A DNA stretch of 64,000 nt. It comes from an uncultured delta proteobacterium. GTDB lineage: Bacteria > Desulfobacterota > RBG-13-43-22. Below the pieces are notes generated by a model. The model ran no database searches, was not told the DNA's origin, and saw only the letters and a program-made list of their open reading frames with translations. Location: contig CAWBOS010000010.1 of NCBI GenBank assembly GCA_963790475.1, positions 192,001 to 256,000 on the forward strand, read 5' to 3'. Made by a program: the position numbers and the translations under genes. The first letter of the stretch is position 1; every line of letters begins with the position of its first letter. Below are positions 38,507 to 50,700 of this stretch, in pieces.

Positions 38507-39652
38507 TTAGAAATGTCTCTCTTCGATTTCCGCCGCGGGTTGACGTTTTCTGGATCTTCTTCTGGGACTCCAGGCGCTTTGCTGCCAGTTGTCCATAGGT
38601 ATGTTTTCTGAAATCCAAGGCGGCAGAGTCAGATGAAAACGCCTGGACAGGGCTATGACGTAGGGCTCATACATTCGACGCAACTCCACCAGCCGTAAGT
38701 GGGCATCCCCTTTTTGGGGGAAGGTCAAGCCGTTTTCCGATAGAGCCGTGAGTAAACGCTCCATGGTTGCCGGAGGAAGCCGGTCGGATCTCTGGAAATC
38801 GGGGGGCGTCTCAAAGATAAGGGCAAGATCCACAACGGCGTGACGTGCCATGGCAAAGGTCCGCTGGGCCTGACGCTGGCAATCCCCTTCAATGATAACC
38901 GTGACCAGAGTGGTGGTGTCCAGTAACGCCGTCAAAGAGGCCAGCCAGGATTGATTTTCGTGTTGAGAGCGAAAATAGGCCAGTACCGGGTAGGACAGGT
39001 GGCTTTCAAGCAACTCCGCGGCCCAGTATTCCCAGTCATGGAGGAGGCGTTCAAGCTGTCCTGTGCCTTGAACGGTAATGTTCCGGCGCAGTATTTCGGC
39101 GGCTGAGGGCGGAGATCCCGCCTGGGCATCCAGCAGGGATATGCTCACTTCGCGCCTGGAAAAAGACTGGTTCAGTGCCGGGAGGTAGCCTATGATCATG
39201 GCCAGAAAGACGAATCCGACACCGGCCTCCAATGCGGTCAGCACCCGTGCGGAAGTTGTAGTCGGCATGGTATCCCCCAGCCCCAGGGTGAAGAAGGTCG
39301 TAGCACTAAAGTAAAGAGAGCTGAGGAATCTTGGAGCCATTTCTGCTGCCCTGGCCAAGGGTCCAAAGGCCCAATACAAGAGGGCGAAACCTGAGATCAT
39401 CACCATTGCCCATAACCCCACTAGAATCGGAAGGGATATGGGACCGTAAACGCTTAAGAGGTTTTCCCGGCGCCTGCCGGATAAGGCCCAGGAAATCACC
39501 GACGACCACAGGGACCAGGAGTACTGGTAAAAAGCCCTGGTAAGGCGCAGCCTTCGGGTTACCCGGCGTGGGAAAACCACGGTTTCAAAGGCGTCCAGCA
39601 AGATATAGGAAATGAGGATAACTCCGAGAATAGCGCTCAGGACGGTTGACAC
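38507..39652 (-). CDS. Potassium channel family (Ion_trans_2) membrane protein
   Basis: LYFSATTFFTLGLGD pore motif between TM helices. Confidence 0.82.
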   Translation of the reverse strand: MSTVLSAILGVILISYILLDAFETVVFPRRVTRRLRLTRAFYQYSWSLWSSVISWALSGRRRENLLSVYGPISLPILVGLWAMVMISGFALLYWAFGPLARAAEMAPRFLSSLYFSATTFFTLGLGDTMPTTTSARVLTALEAGVGFVFLAMIIGYLPALNQSFSRREVSISLLDAQAGSPPSAAEILRRNITVQGTGQLERLLHDWEYWAAELLESHLSYPVLAYFRSQHENQSWLASLTALLDTTTLVTVIIEGDCQRQAQRTFAMARHAVVDLALIFETPPDFQRSDRLPPATMERLLTALSENGLTFPQKGDAHLRLVELRRMYEPYVIALSRRFHLTLPPWISENIPMDNWQQSAWSPRRRSRKRQPAAEIEERHF

Positions 39653-39810
39653 TTTAACCTCCTCACGGTGAAGATATCTTGGGTGCAGGCACAGTCACGA
39701 TATGAATGTTCACTGGCCAGGACATTTGATAAAAATTCTCTCCTGCACACTGACCTTAGGGGGGACGAAAAGGTTTCCATATTCATGACCCATTTCCGCC
39801 GGAAAGAGCC

Positions 39811-42800
39811 TTATTCCGGGGAAGCATTTTCACTGCCGGTATCTTGGGCCTCGGTCTCAATATCACATTTTAATAATTTATTGGCCTCCCGCGCCCTGAA
39901 TAAATAGCAAAGCACCGGCACCATGGTCCGGGAAAGAAAGGTGGCGGCCACTTCACCGGACATGAGAGCGATGGCCATGCCCTGGAAGATAGGGTCGAAG
40001 AGGATTACCGAAGAGCCGACCACCACGGCGGCCGCGGTGAGGAGCATGGGCCGAAAGCGGATGAGCCCGGCCTGGATGACCGCTTCCTTGATCGGGGCCC
40101 CTTCGGCGATTTTCAGGTCGACGAAGTCTACCAGGATGATGGAATTACGCACTACGATGCCGGCCCCGGCGATAAACCCGATCATGGAGGTGGCCGTAAA
40201 AAAGGCCCCCATCAGGGCATGACCGGGCAGGATGCCGATGAGCGACAAAGGGATGGGGGCCATGATCACCAGGGGCACGACGAAGGATTTGAACCAGCCC
40301 ACCACCATGACGTAAATCAGGATCAGAACCACCCCGAAGGCCAGTCCTAAATCGCGAAAGACCTCATAGGTGATATGCCACTCCCCATCCCATTTCATGG
40401 AATACTTGTCTTCCATCGAGGGCTGCACCGCCGAATACTGCTGCAGCTCGTATCCTTCCGGGAGTTTCATTTCTTTGATCTGCTTTTTCATTTTCAGGAT
40501 GGGATAGACCGGGCTTTCCGCGGTGCCGGCCACATCCCCGAGGACATAGACCACCCGTTTCAGGTTTTTCCGGTAGATGGTTTTATCTTCGATCCCGGCC
40601 CGTACCCTGACCAGTTCGGACAAAGGAACCGCCCGGCCTGAACTGGAAATAAGGGTCAGTTCCTCGAGTCGTTGGATGCCGGCCCGTTCGGCCAGCGGGG
40701 CCCGGAGTAAAAGCTCCACCGGTTCTTTGTCCCTTTCGATATGGGCCAAACCAACCGGGGTGCCGTTTAAAACCGTTTGCACAGCCCGGGAAACCTCCTG
40801 GGTGGTGATGCCGTGATAAGCCGCTTTTTCCCTGTCCACATCAAAGAAGAATTTTTTCTGGTCGCTCTCCACGTACCAGTCCACGTCAACCACCCCCGGG
40901 GTGCGGGCGAAAAGGTCTTTGATCTCTTTGGCGATTTCGATTTGCCGCTCGAACCTGGGACCGTAAATCTCAGCTACCAGAGTACTCAAAACCGGCGGTC
41001 CCGGCGGGATCTCGACGATCTTGGTCCGGGCCTGATAGGCATCGCCCAGTTTTTTAATCGCCGGTCTGATCCTTTTGGCGATCTCATGGCTCTGGGCCTT
41101 TCTTTCTCCCTTGGCTACAAAATTGACCTGGATATCCGCCTGGCTGCTTCCGGTCCTGAAAAAATAGTGCCGCACCAGGCCGTTAAAGTTGAAAGGGGCG
41201 GAGGTGCCGATATAGGACTGGTAATTGGTCACCTCCGGCACAGTGGCCAGGTACTGGCCGATTTCCCTGGTCAGGGCCGCGGTTTTCTCCAGGCTGGAAC
41301 CCTCGGGCAGGTCGATCACCACCTGAAGCTCGCTTTTGTTGTCAAAGGGGAGCATCTTGACGGTGGTTAATTTAAGCGGAACGAGGGCGAAGGCGGCCAG
41401 GAGCAGGACGAGAACCAGGATAAAAAACCTGATGCGCTTTTTTCTGTTTTCCAAAAGGGAGCGCAGGTTCCGTTCATAGACACGATTGAAAAAGGCCAGG
41501 ACCCGCCCTTCTTCTTTCTCCTTACCCCCTCCGGTTTTCGTCCCTTTTAAAACGATAAGGCTCAGCCAGGGGCTGATGATGAAGGCGATCAACAGGGAGA
41601 TGATCATGGCCGCCGAAGCCCCCACCGGGATGGGTCTCATATAAGGTCCCATGAGACCTGATACGGCGGCCATGGGCAGCAGGGCGGCGATAACGGCAAA
41701 GGTGGCCAGGATAGTGGGATTACCCACTTCATCCACGGCCAGGACGGCAATCTCCGGATCGATCCGGCTCATCTTGAAATGGCGGTGAATGTTTTCCACC
41801 ACGACGATGGCATCATCCACCAGTATGCCGATGGAAAAGATGAGGGCGAAAAGGGTCACCCGGTTGAGGGTATAACCGACCAGATAGGTCACCAGAATGG
41901 TCAGGGCCAGGGTGACCGGGACGGCCACGGCCACGACAATGGCCTCCCGCCAGCCCAAAGCCAGGGCAACGAGGATGGTCACTGACAGGGCGGCTAAAAA
42001 CATATGCTTTAAAAGCTCGTCCGATTTTTCCTTGGCCGTCTGTCCGTAGTTTCGGGTAGTAGTCACCTCCACGCCGGATGGGATAAGATTACCTTTCAGG
42101 GCCTCAATCTTTTCCATGGCCCGTCCGGCGATCTGAGTGGCATTGGTCCCCTTTTTTTTGGCGATCGACAAGGTGACGGCCTCAAAAAGACCGCCCCGGT
42201 CCCTGGTCGATGCCGGGCCGAAACCCATAAACACGTAGTTGGCGGGCTCCTCGGGTCCGTCCGTGATTCGGGCCACATCTTTTAGATAGACCGGCCGGTC
42301 CTCGGCCACCTTGATGACCAGATTTCCTACTTCCTCGCTGTTCTTCAGAAAACCCCCGGTTTCCACCAGGTATTCCAGATCGCCGGATGGAAAACGCCCC
42401 GAAGGGGTCAGGAAGTTGGACCTCCCCAAAACCTCTTCTATTTGTCTCAAGGTCAGATGAAAGGCCTTAAGACGCAAGGGATCCGCGGTAATGCGAAGCT
42501 GTCTTTTTTGCCCGCCCAGGACCTGAAATTCGGCGACATCCTTGTCCTTCTTCAACTCGTCGCCTACCTCCTCGGCCACTCTTCTCAAGTCATAGCCGCC
42601 GTAGGATCCACTCCAGAAGGTATAGGAAAGGATGGGCACATCATCAATGGATTTGGGTTTGACCAGGGGTTGGGAAACGCCGGGGGGGATCTTGTCGTAA
42701 TTGGACATGAGCTTGGTGTAGAGGTCAACCAGGCTTTTTTCCTGGTCCTGGCCCACGTAGAACCGGACAATGGCCAGGCTCGTCCCGGGTTTCGAAAGGG

Positions 42801-43068
42801 TATAGATGTATTCCACCCCTTTGATCTCCCAGAGGAACTTGGACATGGGCTTGGTGACCAGTTCATCCACCTCTTTGGCCGAGGCCCCGGGGTAGCTGAC
42901 CAGGACATCGATCATGGGAACGACGATCTGGGGTTCTTCCTCCCTCGGGGTGACGATAATGGCAAACAGGCCGAGGAAGATGGAGGCGATGACCACCAGG
43001 GGCGTCAGCTTCGATTTGATAAAGGCCTTGGCAATGCTGCCGGCGAACCCGAGAACTTTAAGACTCAC
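39811..43068 (-). CDS. RND efflux permease (AcrB/CzcA family)
   Basis: 1085 aa; [22 protein letters not shown]. Confidence 0.93.
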   Translation of the reverse strand: MSLKVLGFAGSIAKAFIKSKLTPLVVIASIFLGLFAIIVTPREEEPQIVVPMIDVLVSYPGASAKEVDELVTKPMSKFLWEIKGVEYIYTLSKPGTSLAIVRFYVGQDQEKSLVDLYTKLMSNYDKIPPGVSQPLVKPKSIDDVPILSYTFWSGSYGGYDLRRVAEEVGDELKKDKDVAEFQVLGGQKRQLRITADPLRLKAFHLTLRQIEEVLGRSNFLTPSGRFPSGDLEYLVETGGFLKNSEEVGNLVIKVAEDRPVYLKDVARITDGPEEPANYVFMGFGPASTRDRGGLFEAVTLSIAKKKGTNATQIAGRAMEKIEALKGNLIPSGVEVTTTRNYGQTAKEKSDELLKHMFLAALSVTILVALALGWREAIVVAVAVPVTLALTILVTYLVGYTLNRVTLFALIFSIGILVDDAIVVVENIHRHFKMSRIDPEIAVLAVDEVGNPTILATFAVIAALLPMAAVSGLMGPYMRPIPVGASAAMIISLLIAFIISPWLSLIVLKGTKTGGGKEKEEGRVLAFFNRVYERNLRSLLENRKKRIRFFILVLVLLLAAFALVPLKLTTVKMLPFDNKSELQVVIDLPEGSSLEKTAALTREIGQYLATVPEVTNYQSYIGTSAPFNFNGLVRHYFFRTGSSQADIQVNFVAKGERKAQSHEIAKRIRPAIKKLGDAYQARTKIVEIPPGPPVLSTLVAEIYGPRFERQIEIAKEIKDLFARTPGVVDVDWYVESDQKKFFFDVDREKAAYHGITTQEVSRAVQTVLNGTPVGLAHIERDKEPVELLLRAPLAERAGIQRLEELTLISSSGRAVPLSELVRVRAGIEDKTIYRKNLKRVVYVLGDVAGTAESPVYPILKMKKQIKEMKLPEGYELQQYSAVQPSMEDKYSMKWDGEWHITYEVFRDLGLAFGVVLILIYVMVVGWFKSFVVPLVIMAPIPLSLIGILPGHALMGAFFTATSMIGFIAGAGIVVRNSIILVDFVDLKIAEGAPIKEAVIQAGLIRFRPMLLTAAAVVVGSSVILFDPIFQGMAIALMSGEVAATFLSRTMVPVLCYLFRAREANKLLKCDIETEAQDTGSENASPE

Positions 43069-44171
43069 AGTTTTACCATCCCTCCGTCAACGGCCCGCTC
43101 GACCCCTTCGACGACGATCCGCTCCCCGCCCTTAAGCCCGGAAAGGACTTCGGTTCTGTCGGCGTATTCTTTCCCGATTCGGATGAGGCGGAGAGTCATC
43201 ACCCCTTTTTCATCGACCACATAGACCCCGGTTAACTGCCCCCGTTCCACGACGGCCTTCTTGGGAATGAGGAGGGTTTCTTTTTTCCCTTCGAAGATCA
43301 ATATCCGGCAGTAGAGACCGCTTCTTAAGGCCGGCCCCTGGAGCGGGATTTTAATCAGATAAGTTCGAGTGGCCGGATCGACAGCCGGAACAACTTCGGC
43401 GATAAAGCCGGGGATCCGCTCCCGGGTCCCTTCAAACAGGACGTCAGCCCTGGTCCCAGCCTTGAATCTTTGGATCAACTGTTCATCGATGTAGGCTTCG
43501 ACCTTGAAGCGGGACGTATCCTCTATGGTCAAAAGGGGCATACCCGGAACGGCCAGGCTGCCGGGGTCGATCTTTTTCTCGGTTACGACGCCGGAAACCG
43601 GGGCCTGGACCCGGGCATAGCCCCGGTAGATCCTGGCCCACTCCAAGGAGGCGGTGGCCCTCTTGACGGTTTCCTTCAGACGGTCAACTTCCGCCTGAGC
43701 CACCTTTTTTTGGGTTTCTATCTGGTCCATCTCCTGCTGGGTGATCACCTTTTCCCGGTGGAGGTTTTTGTATCGATCATAGGTAACTTCGGCCAGGGAT
43801 TTATTCTGGACCGCGGCCTCCAGGGCCTTTGAGGCCTCTTGATTAGCGGCTTCGGCTTCAGCCACCTTCTGGACCAGGTCATGGTCATCGATGGTCAAGA
43901 GGACCTGGCCGGCCTTTACGCGATCGCCTTCCTTGAATTTGACGGCGGTAACCGTTCCCATACTGCGGCTGGAGATAATGCTGGTCGTTCCGGCCTTGAC
44001 GGTGCCCGAAGTTTCATAAAAGGCGTCGATGGAAGAGGGGGAAATTTGAAGAAGGGTTATCCCGGTAATCAGCGGTCTTTGGACGGGGGAAGAAGGGGGT
44101 TTCTCCTTTTCCCCACATCCGAAAAACAACAGGAACAGGACCATAAGACAGAAGGGGAAGGCTTTTTTCAT
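43065..44171 (-). CDS. RND periplasmic adaptor subunit
   Basis: Lipoprotein signal, [25 protein letters not shown]. Confidence 0.92.
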   Translation of the reverse strand: MKKAFPFCLMVLFLLFFGCGEKEKPPSSPVQRPLITGITLLQISPSSIDAFYETSGTVKAGTTSIISSRSMGTVTAVKFKEGDRVKAGQVLLTIDDHDLVQKVAEAEAANQEASKALEAAVQNKSLAEVTYDRYKNLHREKVITQQEMDQIETQKKVAQAEVDRLKETVKRATASLEWARIYRGYARVQAPVSGVVTEKKIDPGSLAVPGMPLLTIEDTSRFKVEAYIDEQLIQRFKAGTRADVLFEGTRERIPGFIAEVVPAVDPATRTYLIKIPLQGPALRSGLYCRILIFEGKKETLLIPKKAVVERGQLTGVYVVDEKGVMTLRLIRIGKEYADRTEVLSGLKGGERIVVEGVERAVDGGMVKL

Positions 44172-44183
44172 AGGTCTTTCTCC

Positions 44184-45563
44184 TTACTCCGCTTTTAAAT
44201 CGGTAAGGATCGTACCGCTCTCAAAACACAGGTTGATGACGGCGAAGAGATATTCATTTTCCTTGGCCACCTTATTGACTCGGGCTTGATCCAGGTGGAG
44301 CTGGACATCCAGGAAATCGACCAAAGGAGAGAGGGAGTTTTCATACCGGCTTTTGACCAGCCGTTTCCCTTCTTCAGCCGTTTTCAGAGCCGCCAGGGCC
44401 AGTTGCGCATTTTTCTGGGCTTCTTCCACGTTCAGAAAAGCCTCCTGGATCTTGAAGGAGACCACCTGTTTCAGGCCCTTTAGTTGTTCTTCCACTTCCT
44501 TGACCTGATAAAGGGCCTTGCTCCTGGCAAATTCCCGATTAGTCCCGTCAAACAGGTCCCAGTGGAGGGCCGCCATAGCCAGCCAGGATTCTCCCTCGGA
44601 ACCCAGGGGGCCCCGGTGATCATTGAACTGATAACTTCCGCCTAGACGGAGGGTAGGGAAGTATCGGGATTCGGCCAGCTTGACGTTGGCTTGCGCATTT
44701 TCATGGTGAATCGCCAGGGCCTCGAGGTCTTTTCGGCTTAAGGAGGCACCGGCATAATACTCCATCGCCTTAAAAGAGAGATCGATATTCTGATTATCAA
44801 TATCCACGGACTCGGCGGTGCCCAGCAACAGGCCCAACATTCTCTTGGCCACAGCCAGATTCTTATTAGCGCTGATCACCTGCTGCTCGGCCGCGGTGAC
44901 GGCCGTGGCCGCCCGGAGGGTATCGGAGTAAAGACCCAATCCGTTTTTATATCTTTCTTCGACGATTCGTAAGTGCTCCCTGGCATCCTCCAGGGCCTTA
45001 TGGGCGACTTCAATGACCCCCTTGGCCGTATGCACCTGAAGATAGACCTGGGCGACTTTCAAGGCCGTCTCTTCTTTTTTCCTTTGAAAACTTTTTTCCT
45101 GGGCGGCGTAGGACCGCTTAGCCATGGAAAGGCCTAAAGAGGATTTGAGGTCGAAAACCGGCTGTTCGATGGACAGCAGCGTTTGAAAGTCGCTGATCGG
45201 GTCAGGGTTATTCAGGGAATTTATATCAAAATCGGATTGGGAGAAACGGCCCTGATTCAGTTTCATCATAAAGGCTGCGGGGGCGTTATTGGTTCGGGTG
45301 GCCCTTTCCTCAAAGGCGATCTTGGGCATTAAGGTGCTTCGGGCAATCCCGACTTCGTCTTTTTGGGCGAAGAGCTGATTTTGCGCGGCCCGCATTTCAT
45401 GATTTTCCTTCAGGGCGGTTTTAATGGCCTCGGTCAAGGAAATTTGTTTTTCCAGGCCATAGCTTTCCGTTGGCCCGTTAAAAAGTAAGAAAAAGAAGAT
45501 CATTAACAAACCCACAAAAGGCCTCCGCATCCAGACCACTCCTTTCGCTACGCATTTTAGCAT
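44184..45563 (-). CDS. TolC-family outer membrane efflux protein
   Basis: SLTEAIKTAL, RYKNG/RYENS repeats, WDLFDG. Confidence 0.9.
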   Translation of the reverse strand: MLKCVAKGVVWMRRPFVGLLMIFFFLLFNGPTESYGLEKQISLTEAIKTALKENHEMRAAQNQLFAQKDEVGIARSTLMPKIAFEERATRTNNAPAAFMMKLNQGRFSQSDFDINSLNNPDPISDFQTLLSIEQPVFDLKSSLGLSMAKRSYAAQEKSFQRKKEETALKVAQVYLQVHTAKGVIEVAHKALEDAREHLRIVEERYKNGLGLYSDTLRAATAVTAAEQQVISANKNLAVAKRMLGLLLGTAESVDIDNQNIDLSFKAMEYYAGASLSRKDLEALAIHHENAQANVKLAESRYFPTLRLGGSYQFNDHRGPLGSEGESWLAMAALHWDLFDGTNREFARSKALYQVKEVEEQLKGLKQVVSFKIQEAFLNVEEAQKNAQLALAALKTAEEGKRLVKSRYENSLSPLVDFLDVQLHLDQARVNKVAKENEYLFAVINLCFESGTILTDLKAE

Positions 45564-45830
45564 TACTCGAAAATTATAGCCGGGATCCTCAATGTGGGAA
45601 ATAATGTATAAACTGTATATTATTATTTATAATCTGGTATTTTATTACAAAAATAGTATCGGATTTTTGATTTTTAAGTTCTGATTTAGCAATTTAATAG
45701 ATTATTTTCATGATTCCGGAGGGAAGGGTTGGGCCCTGGGAAAAAATTGTTGTTGCTGGGAAGATTCGATCCCGCCTATAATGCTCAGGACCCTTTAAAG
45801 GATTTCATCTTTTTCAAACAAGGAGGTTCG

Positions 45831-46259
45831 ATGAAACTGACCAAAAAAGAGATTAAAGAAGCTATGGCCGAAAATAGTTTGGCCTGGGACAGGCGCGATC
45901 TTGAAGGTGTCCTGGAACTCTATCATGACCAGGTCTATTTTGAAAACTGGACCGGAGGAAATGCCAAAGGCAAAGAGGCGCTGCGCCAGGCCTGGACCTC
46001 CTGGTTTACCAGTGGAGGGGAATTTATCTTTCGCCGTGACGATCTCTTTGTGGATGAAGAGGAACAAAAATTAACCGTCACCTGGGAGCTTGAATGGCCT
46101 TCCGCGGAAAAGGGTTATGCGGGAAAGCCGGAAAAAAGACGCGGACTCGATATCATTCATTTCCGGGATGGGAAGATTATTAAGAAAATGACTTACTCCA
46201 AGACCACGATCGAGATAGACGGGAAAAGGGTCAAGTTGATGGCCCAAACGTCCGCCTGA
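45831..46259 (+). CDS. SnoaL/NTF2-like protein
   Basis: AWDRRDLEGVLELY...GLDIIHFRDGKI; GGAGG RBS. Confidence 0.85.
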   Translation: MKLTKKEIKEAMAENSLAWDRRDLEGVLELYHDQVYFENWTGGNAKGKEALRQAWTSWFTSGGEFIFRRDDLFVDEEEQKLTVTWELEWPSAEKGYAGKPEKRRGLDIIHFRDGKIIKKMTYSKTTIEIDGKRVKLMAQTSA

Positions 46260-46338
46260 AACAGACCATAGAAAGGGCTGAGAAAAAGCGTTAATCTTCA
46301 ACACGGGGTCCCTCGTCAAGCTTTAAGATAGAGAGGAT

Positions 46339-46664
46339 ATGGAAACTAAATATCTGAGAATGATCCAAGGGATGAAGGGTAGCGGTGGAAAGGATTGGAC
46401 CGTCTACATCCTCCGCTGCGGAGACGGATCGCTCTACACGGGGATTGCCAAAGATGTGCGGGCCCGGTACAAACAACACAGCGAGGGACGGGGGCCGCCT
46501 ACACCCGAACCCGCCTGCCCATCACGCTTTTATATCAGCAGGAAGGCTTAACGCATTCCGAGGCCCTTATTCGAGAGGCCCAGATAAAAGCCATGCCCCG
46601 GTCCAAAAAAGAGGGGATCATTTTTCCGGAAAGCAATAGCCGGGATAGGGTAAATAAAAATTGA
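46339..46664 (+). pseudogene. GIY-YIG nuclease (YhbQ-like), frameshifted in a G run near 46492
   Basis: VYILRCGDGSLYTGI then AAYTRTRLP...ALIREAQIK in another frame. Confidence 0.8.
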
Positions 46665-46691
46665 TATTCAAAAAACTGAATCTTTTATGTC

Positions 46692-47534
46692 ATGTTCGGA
46701 GGCAAGAGGATGAACCGCGATTTTGTTTTATATGAAAAAAAGGAAGGGATTGCCAAGATCACCGTTAACCGTCCTGATGTCCTGAATGCGATTACCCGGC
46801 AGGTCTACGCGGAAATCGATGACGCCTTCACCGAGGCGGAAAAGGACAATGAGGTGAGGGTCATTATCGTTGCCGGGGCGGGAAGACATTTCGGCGCGGG
46901 GCATGATATGGGAAGCGAACAAGCCCGGCTGGAGGAGGAAAGGAATCCGCGGGATAAGACGCCTCTGGGGTTCCTGAAGGACATGGAAACGGGCGTTTAT
47001 TCCTATCCGCGCGAACATTGGCGGAACATTCCCAAACCGACTATCGCTATGGTTCAGGGCTGGTGCATCATGGCCAGCTGGATGTTGGCGGCCGCCTGCG
47101 ACCTCATTGTTGCCGCTGATGATGCCCGATTCCAGGAAAAGACCACCCGAAGCTGGGGAGGAGCTACCATTGAATATCCGGCTTACTACATAGAATTGGG
47201 ACCCAGGAAGGCCAAAGAACTTGTCTGGCTGGCTGACTATATCGATGCCCAGGAAGCGCTGCGTCTGGGTATTGTCAACAGGGTTGTTCTCAGGGAGCAC
47301 CTGGAAGAGGAAACCATGAAGATGGCCGGAAAGATAGCCCTTTTGGACCCTTGGGGGCTGATGGCCTCTAAGATGTCGATTAATCAGGCCGCCGACATCA
47401 TGGGACAGTCGGGGGCCATAAAGGCTTCGTGCAATTTTTGGGTCTTAAGCCGGACCAGGCGCGACCCCCAGGCCTGGGCCGCCCAGTATAATGTCGACTG
47501 GGTAAAGGCCCGAGATGAACAATTTAAGGATTAG
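46692..47534 (+). CDS. Enoyl-CoA hydratase/isomerase family protein
   Basis: NRPDVLNA, FGAGHD, PKPTIAMVQG. Confidence 0.9.
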   Translation: MFGGKRMNRDFVLYEKKEGIAKITVNRPDVLNAITRQVYAEIDDAFTEAEKDNEVRVIIVAGAGRHFGAGHDMGSEQARLEEERNPRDKTPLGFLKDMETGVYSYPREHWRNIPKPTIAMVQGWCIMASWMLAAACDLIVAADDARFQEKTTRSWGGATIEYPAYYIELGPRKAKELVWLADYIDAQEALRLGIVNRVVLREHLEEETMKMAGKIALLDPWGLMASKMSINQAADIMGQSGAIKASCNFWVLSRTRRDPQAWAAQYNVDWVKARDEQFKD

Positions 47535-47613
47535 CCTGTGTTGCTTTCTGAGAATGACGGTCAGAACCGATTTCTATATTAAAAAATGACCCATCAAGCA
47601 AAGGAGGATAAAA

Positions 47614-48384
47614 ATGGCTGCCGTAGAATATGTTAAAGAGGGTAGAATTGCCTATATCACCATCAACCGTCCCGAGGCCATGAACTCTTTGAGCATCGAG
47701 GTGCGGCAGGGATTGCAGAACGCTTATAAGGATTTCAGGGATAACAACGATCTCTGGGTGGCCATCATCACCGGGGCCGGCGACCGGGCCTTCAGCGCCG
47801 GTGCCGACATCAAGGGGTTCACCCCATCCAGCAGCGATGCCGCCGGGACCGGCGGGGTGCCTGAAAAACTCATTCGTCCTGATACCATTTGGAAGCCATT
47901 CATCGCCGCTATTCACGGCTATTGCCTCGGCGGCGGCTGTGAACTGGCGATGACCTGCGATATCCGAATCGCGGCCGACAATGCCCAGTTCGGGCAGCCC
48001 GAGGTGAATATCGGCTTTATGCCCGGCGGCGGAGGCACGATCAGGATGCCCCGTTTCATCCCCAGGGCGGTAGCGGCCGAGATCCTTCTTACCGGCAACA
48101 GGATCGATGCCGCTGAGGCCCTTCGCGTCGGCCTGGTGAGTCGGGTGGTGCCCCGGGACCAGTTGATGGACAGGGCCAAGGCCATCGCCGATACCATTAT
48201 CTCCCGGGGACCGTTGGGGGTCAGGGCCACCAAGGAAGCCATGATCCGCGGCTACAGCATGACTCTGGAAGAGGGCCTGGCGCTGGAAAAACAGCTCGTC
48301 GCCCAGATCCGCGCCACCGAGGACTTTATGGAAGGGGCCCGCGCCTTTGCTCAGAAGCGACCACCCCAATACAAGGCCAAATAG
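47614..48384 (+). CDS. Enoyl-CoA hydratase
   Basis: FSAGADI, GGGCELAMTCD, FGQPEV. Confidence 0.92.
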   Translation: MAAVEYVKEGRIAYITINRPEAMNSLSIEVRQGLQNAYKDFRDNNDLWVAIITGAGDRAFSAGADIKGFTPSSSDAAGTGGVPEKLIRPDTIWKPFIAAIHGYCLGGGCELAMTCDIRIAADNAQFGQPEVNIGFMPGGGGTIRMPRFIPRAVAAEILLTGNRIDAAEALRVGLVSRVVPRDQLMDRAKAIADTIISRGPLGVRATKEAMIRGYSMTLEEGLALEKQLVAQIRATEDFMEGARAFAQKRPPQYKAK

Positions 48385-48512
48385 GAAGATCAGTTACCGG
48401 TTATTGATTTTAGAGGGAGGGGCAGGTCACCTCTTTTAAAATCCGACCATATGACTTATATTTAGGTAAAACATAAAGGGAAGACTTGGCAACTTGTTAA
48501 AAGGAGGTCCTT

Positions 48513-48845
48513 ATGGATAGATCGGAAAAAATGAAACACCTGCGCGCGCGATTAATCAAAAGACGTAACGAACTTATGGAATTGCACAGAAATGCCGAAG
48601 AGACGCAACAAGTCCTGGCCGAGCGCGATATCGAGCCGGAAGAAAAAGCCCAGAAGGAGTCTTCAGCCGAACTCCTGGAGCACCTGGATGACCAGGAGAG
48701 AGAAGAGATGAAGGCTATTGATCATGCCCTGTCAATCATGGAAACGGGCCGATACGGCTTCTGCGAGGTTTGCGGAAAACCGATAACTCTCGAGCGGCTG
48801 GAAGCCATCCCCTGGACGGTATTATGCGGTAAACACGCCCAGTGA
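48513..48845 (+). CDS. TraR/DksA-family zinc finger protein
   Basis: YGFCEVCGKPITLERLEAIPWTVLCGKH. Confidence 0.88.
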   Translation: MDRSEKMKHLRARLIKRRNELMELHRNAEETQQVLAERDIEPEEKAQKESSAELLEHLDDQEREEMKAIDHALSIMETGRYGFCEVCGKPITLERLEAIPWTVLCGKHAQ

Positions 48846-48987
48846 CAAAGGGGTTGAATTTGTTAACGCTCCGGCGCTAATCGACATCTCAGCCCACGCC
48901 TTTTTTAGATTGTTTAAAATAGAAAGAAAGAAGCACAGAATTAGAAAGAATCAACGCTGAACTTACCGGCATGAAGGAGGAAAAGGT

Positions 48988-49479
48988 ATGCAAAAAATCA
49001 CCCCGTTCCTGTGGTTTGATAATCAGGCCGAAGAGGCCGTGAACTTTTATACTTCAATTTTTAATAATTCTAAGATTGTGAGTATTTCTCGATATGGAAA
49101 AGAAGGGGCGGAGGCCTCCGGAAGACCGGAAGGGACGGTCATGACCATGGCCTTTCAGCTTGCCGGACAAGAATTTGTGGCCTTAAACGGTGGGCCTCAA
49201 TTCAAATTCACCGAGGCGATATCATTTGTGGTCAGTTGTGAGCCGCAGGAGGAAGTGGACTATTACTGGGAAAAGCTGTCCGAAGGCGGAGATGAAAAGG
49301 CGCAACAATGCGGATGGCTTAAAGATCGTTACGGAATGTCCTGGCAAATCATTCCCTCTATTTTAGCTGAGTTGCTGGGTGACCCTGATCCTCAAAAATC
49401 AAAGCGGGTGATGGAAGCCATGTTGCAAATGAAAAAAATCGAAATAGCCGGTTTAAAGAAAGCCTACGACCACCGCTAG
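48988..49479 (+). CDS. VOC/PhnB-family protein
   Basis: MQKITPFLWF, LNGGP, CGWLKDRYGMSWQI. Confidence 0.92.
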   Translation: MQKITPFLWFDNQAEEAVNFYTSIFNNSKIVSISRYGKEGAEASGRPEGTVMTMAFQLAGQEFVALNGGPQFKFTEAISFVVSCEPQEEVDYYWEKLSEGGDEKAQQCGWLKDRYGMSWQIIPSILAELLGDPDPQKSKRVMEAMLQMKKIEIAGLKKAYDHR

Positions 49480-49717
49480 GCCCGTTGAAGTATAGTCTGC
49501 CCTGGGGGCGATTTCCAGGCACAAACTTCCCGCTTTTGTTCAGCACCTCTGTTCCTATGGCTTCCGCCACGGCTTCTGGGCTCAGGGACACCTTTTTCCT
49601 CTCCTGGCTTCCGAAATAACGACCTAGGATAAATATTGCCCTTGACTCCCAAGAGAAAAGTGAATAAAGATCTGACCAAACCTGTTTGAAATTATTCTAA
49701 GACGGAAAGGATAAATC

Positions 49718-50542
49718 GTGGCTCTTTTTACGGTAGACCCCAAAAAATGCAAGCGGGACGGGCTTTGTGTGGCCGAATGCCCGGGCTTGCTGATTGAAAT
49801 CAAAGGGGAAGATGGCTTTCCCACCCCTATTGCCGAGGCCGAAAACCTTTGTATCAACTGCGGCCATTGTGTTTCCATCTGTCCCCAGGGGGCCTTATCT
49901 TTAAAGACCATGGCCCCGAAAGATTGTCTTCCGATGCGCAAAGAACTGAACCTCAGCCCGGAACAGGCCGAACAGTTTTTGCGTTCCCGGAGATCCATAC
50001 GCAGTTACAAAAAAAAACAGGTTCCCCGTGATCTCTTGACCAGGGTCATTGAAATCGCCCGCTTTGCCCCGACGGGCGGCAACACGCAACCGGTGCACTG
50101 GCTGATCATTGAAGATACCAAAGAAGTTAAACGGTTGACCGGACTGGTAGCAGATTGGCAGCGCACTCTGCTTCAGGAAGGGACCGACTATCTCTTAAGA
50201 ATGCGTATGGAACGTATCGTCAAGGCCTGGGACAAAGGAATTGATCGGATCTGCCGCGATGCCCCGCATCTGATCGTGGCTCATGGATTAGCCACCTTGC
50301 CGGCCACCCAGTCTTCCTGCATTATCGCCCTGACTTATTTGGAGTTGGCGGCCATATCCCTTGGCCTAGGCACCTGCTGGGCCGGGTATTTCAATACCGC
50401 GGCCAATTCCTATCCCCCCCTGCTCACCGCCCTGGCATTACCCCAGGATCACCTCCCCTATGGGGCCATGATGATCGGATATCCGAAATACAACTATCAG
50501 CGATTACCTCTTCGAAATGAACCCCGGATCACCTGGCGGTAG
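49718..50542 (+). CDS. Nitroreductase with an N-terminal 4Fe-4S domain
   Basis: CINCGHCVSICP; RRSIR, APTGGNTQP, GLGTCW. Confidence 0.92.
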   Translation: MALFTVDPKKCKRDGLCVAECPGLLIEIKGEDGFPTPIAEAENLCINCGHCVSICPQGALSLKTMAPKDCLPMRKELNLSPEQAEQFLRSRRSIRSYKKKQVPRDLLTRVIEIARFAPTGGNTQPVHWLIIEDTKEVKRLTGLVADWQRTLLQEGTDYLLRMRMERIVKAWDKGIDRICRDAPHLIVAHGLATLPATQSSCIIALTYLELAAISLGLGTCWAGYFNTAANSYPPLLTALALPQDHLPYGAMMIGYPKYNYQRLPLRNEPRITWR

Positions 50543-50571
50543 AAAATGGTGATGATGAGGTTAGAAGGGTA

Positions 50572-50692
50572 GTATCTATTCAGCTTTTTGAAATTCAAAT
50601 ACCATTTTAGACAGGATTTACAGGATTACTTTGATTTTTGTGCCTTTCCAGAAGAAAGGCACAAGCCGGATCGACCTGACGGCCGGGAGAAA
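50572..50692. repeat. Truncated palindromic MITE-like element
   Basis: GTATCTATTCAGCTTTTTGAAATTCAAAT...GACAGGATTTACAGGATT, homologous to 7735. Confidence 0.7.
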
Positions 50693-50700
50693 AGACACTG

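Noticed and set aside
42442-43224. Long antisense ORFs (e.g. 42442-43224, 47524-48369, 18076-18774, 29334-30032)
   Set aside because: They are shadows of well-supported genes on the opposite strand, with no recognisable motifs
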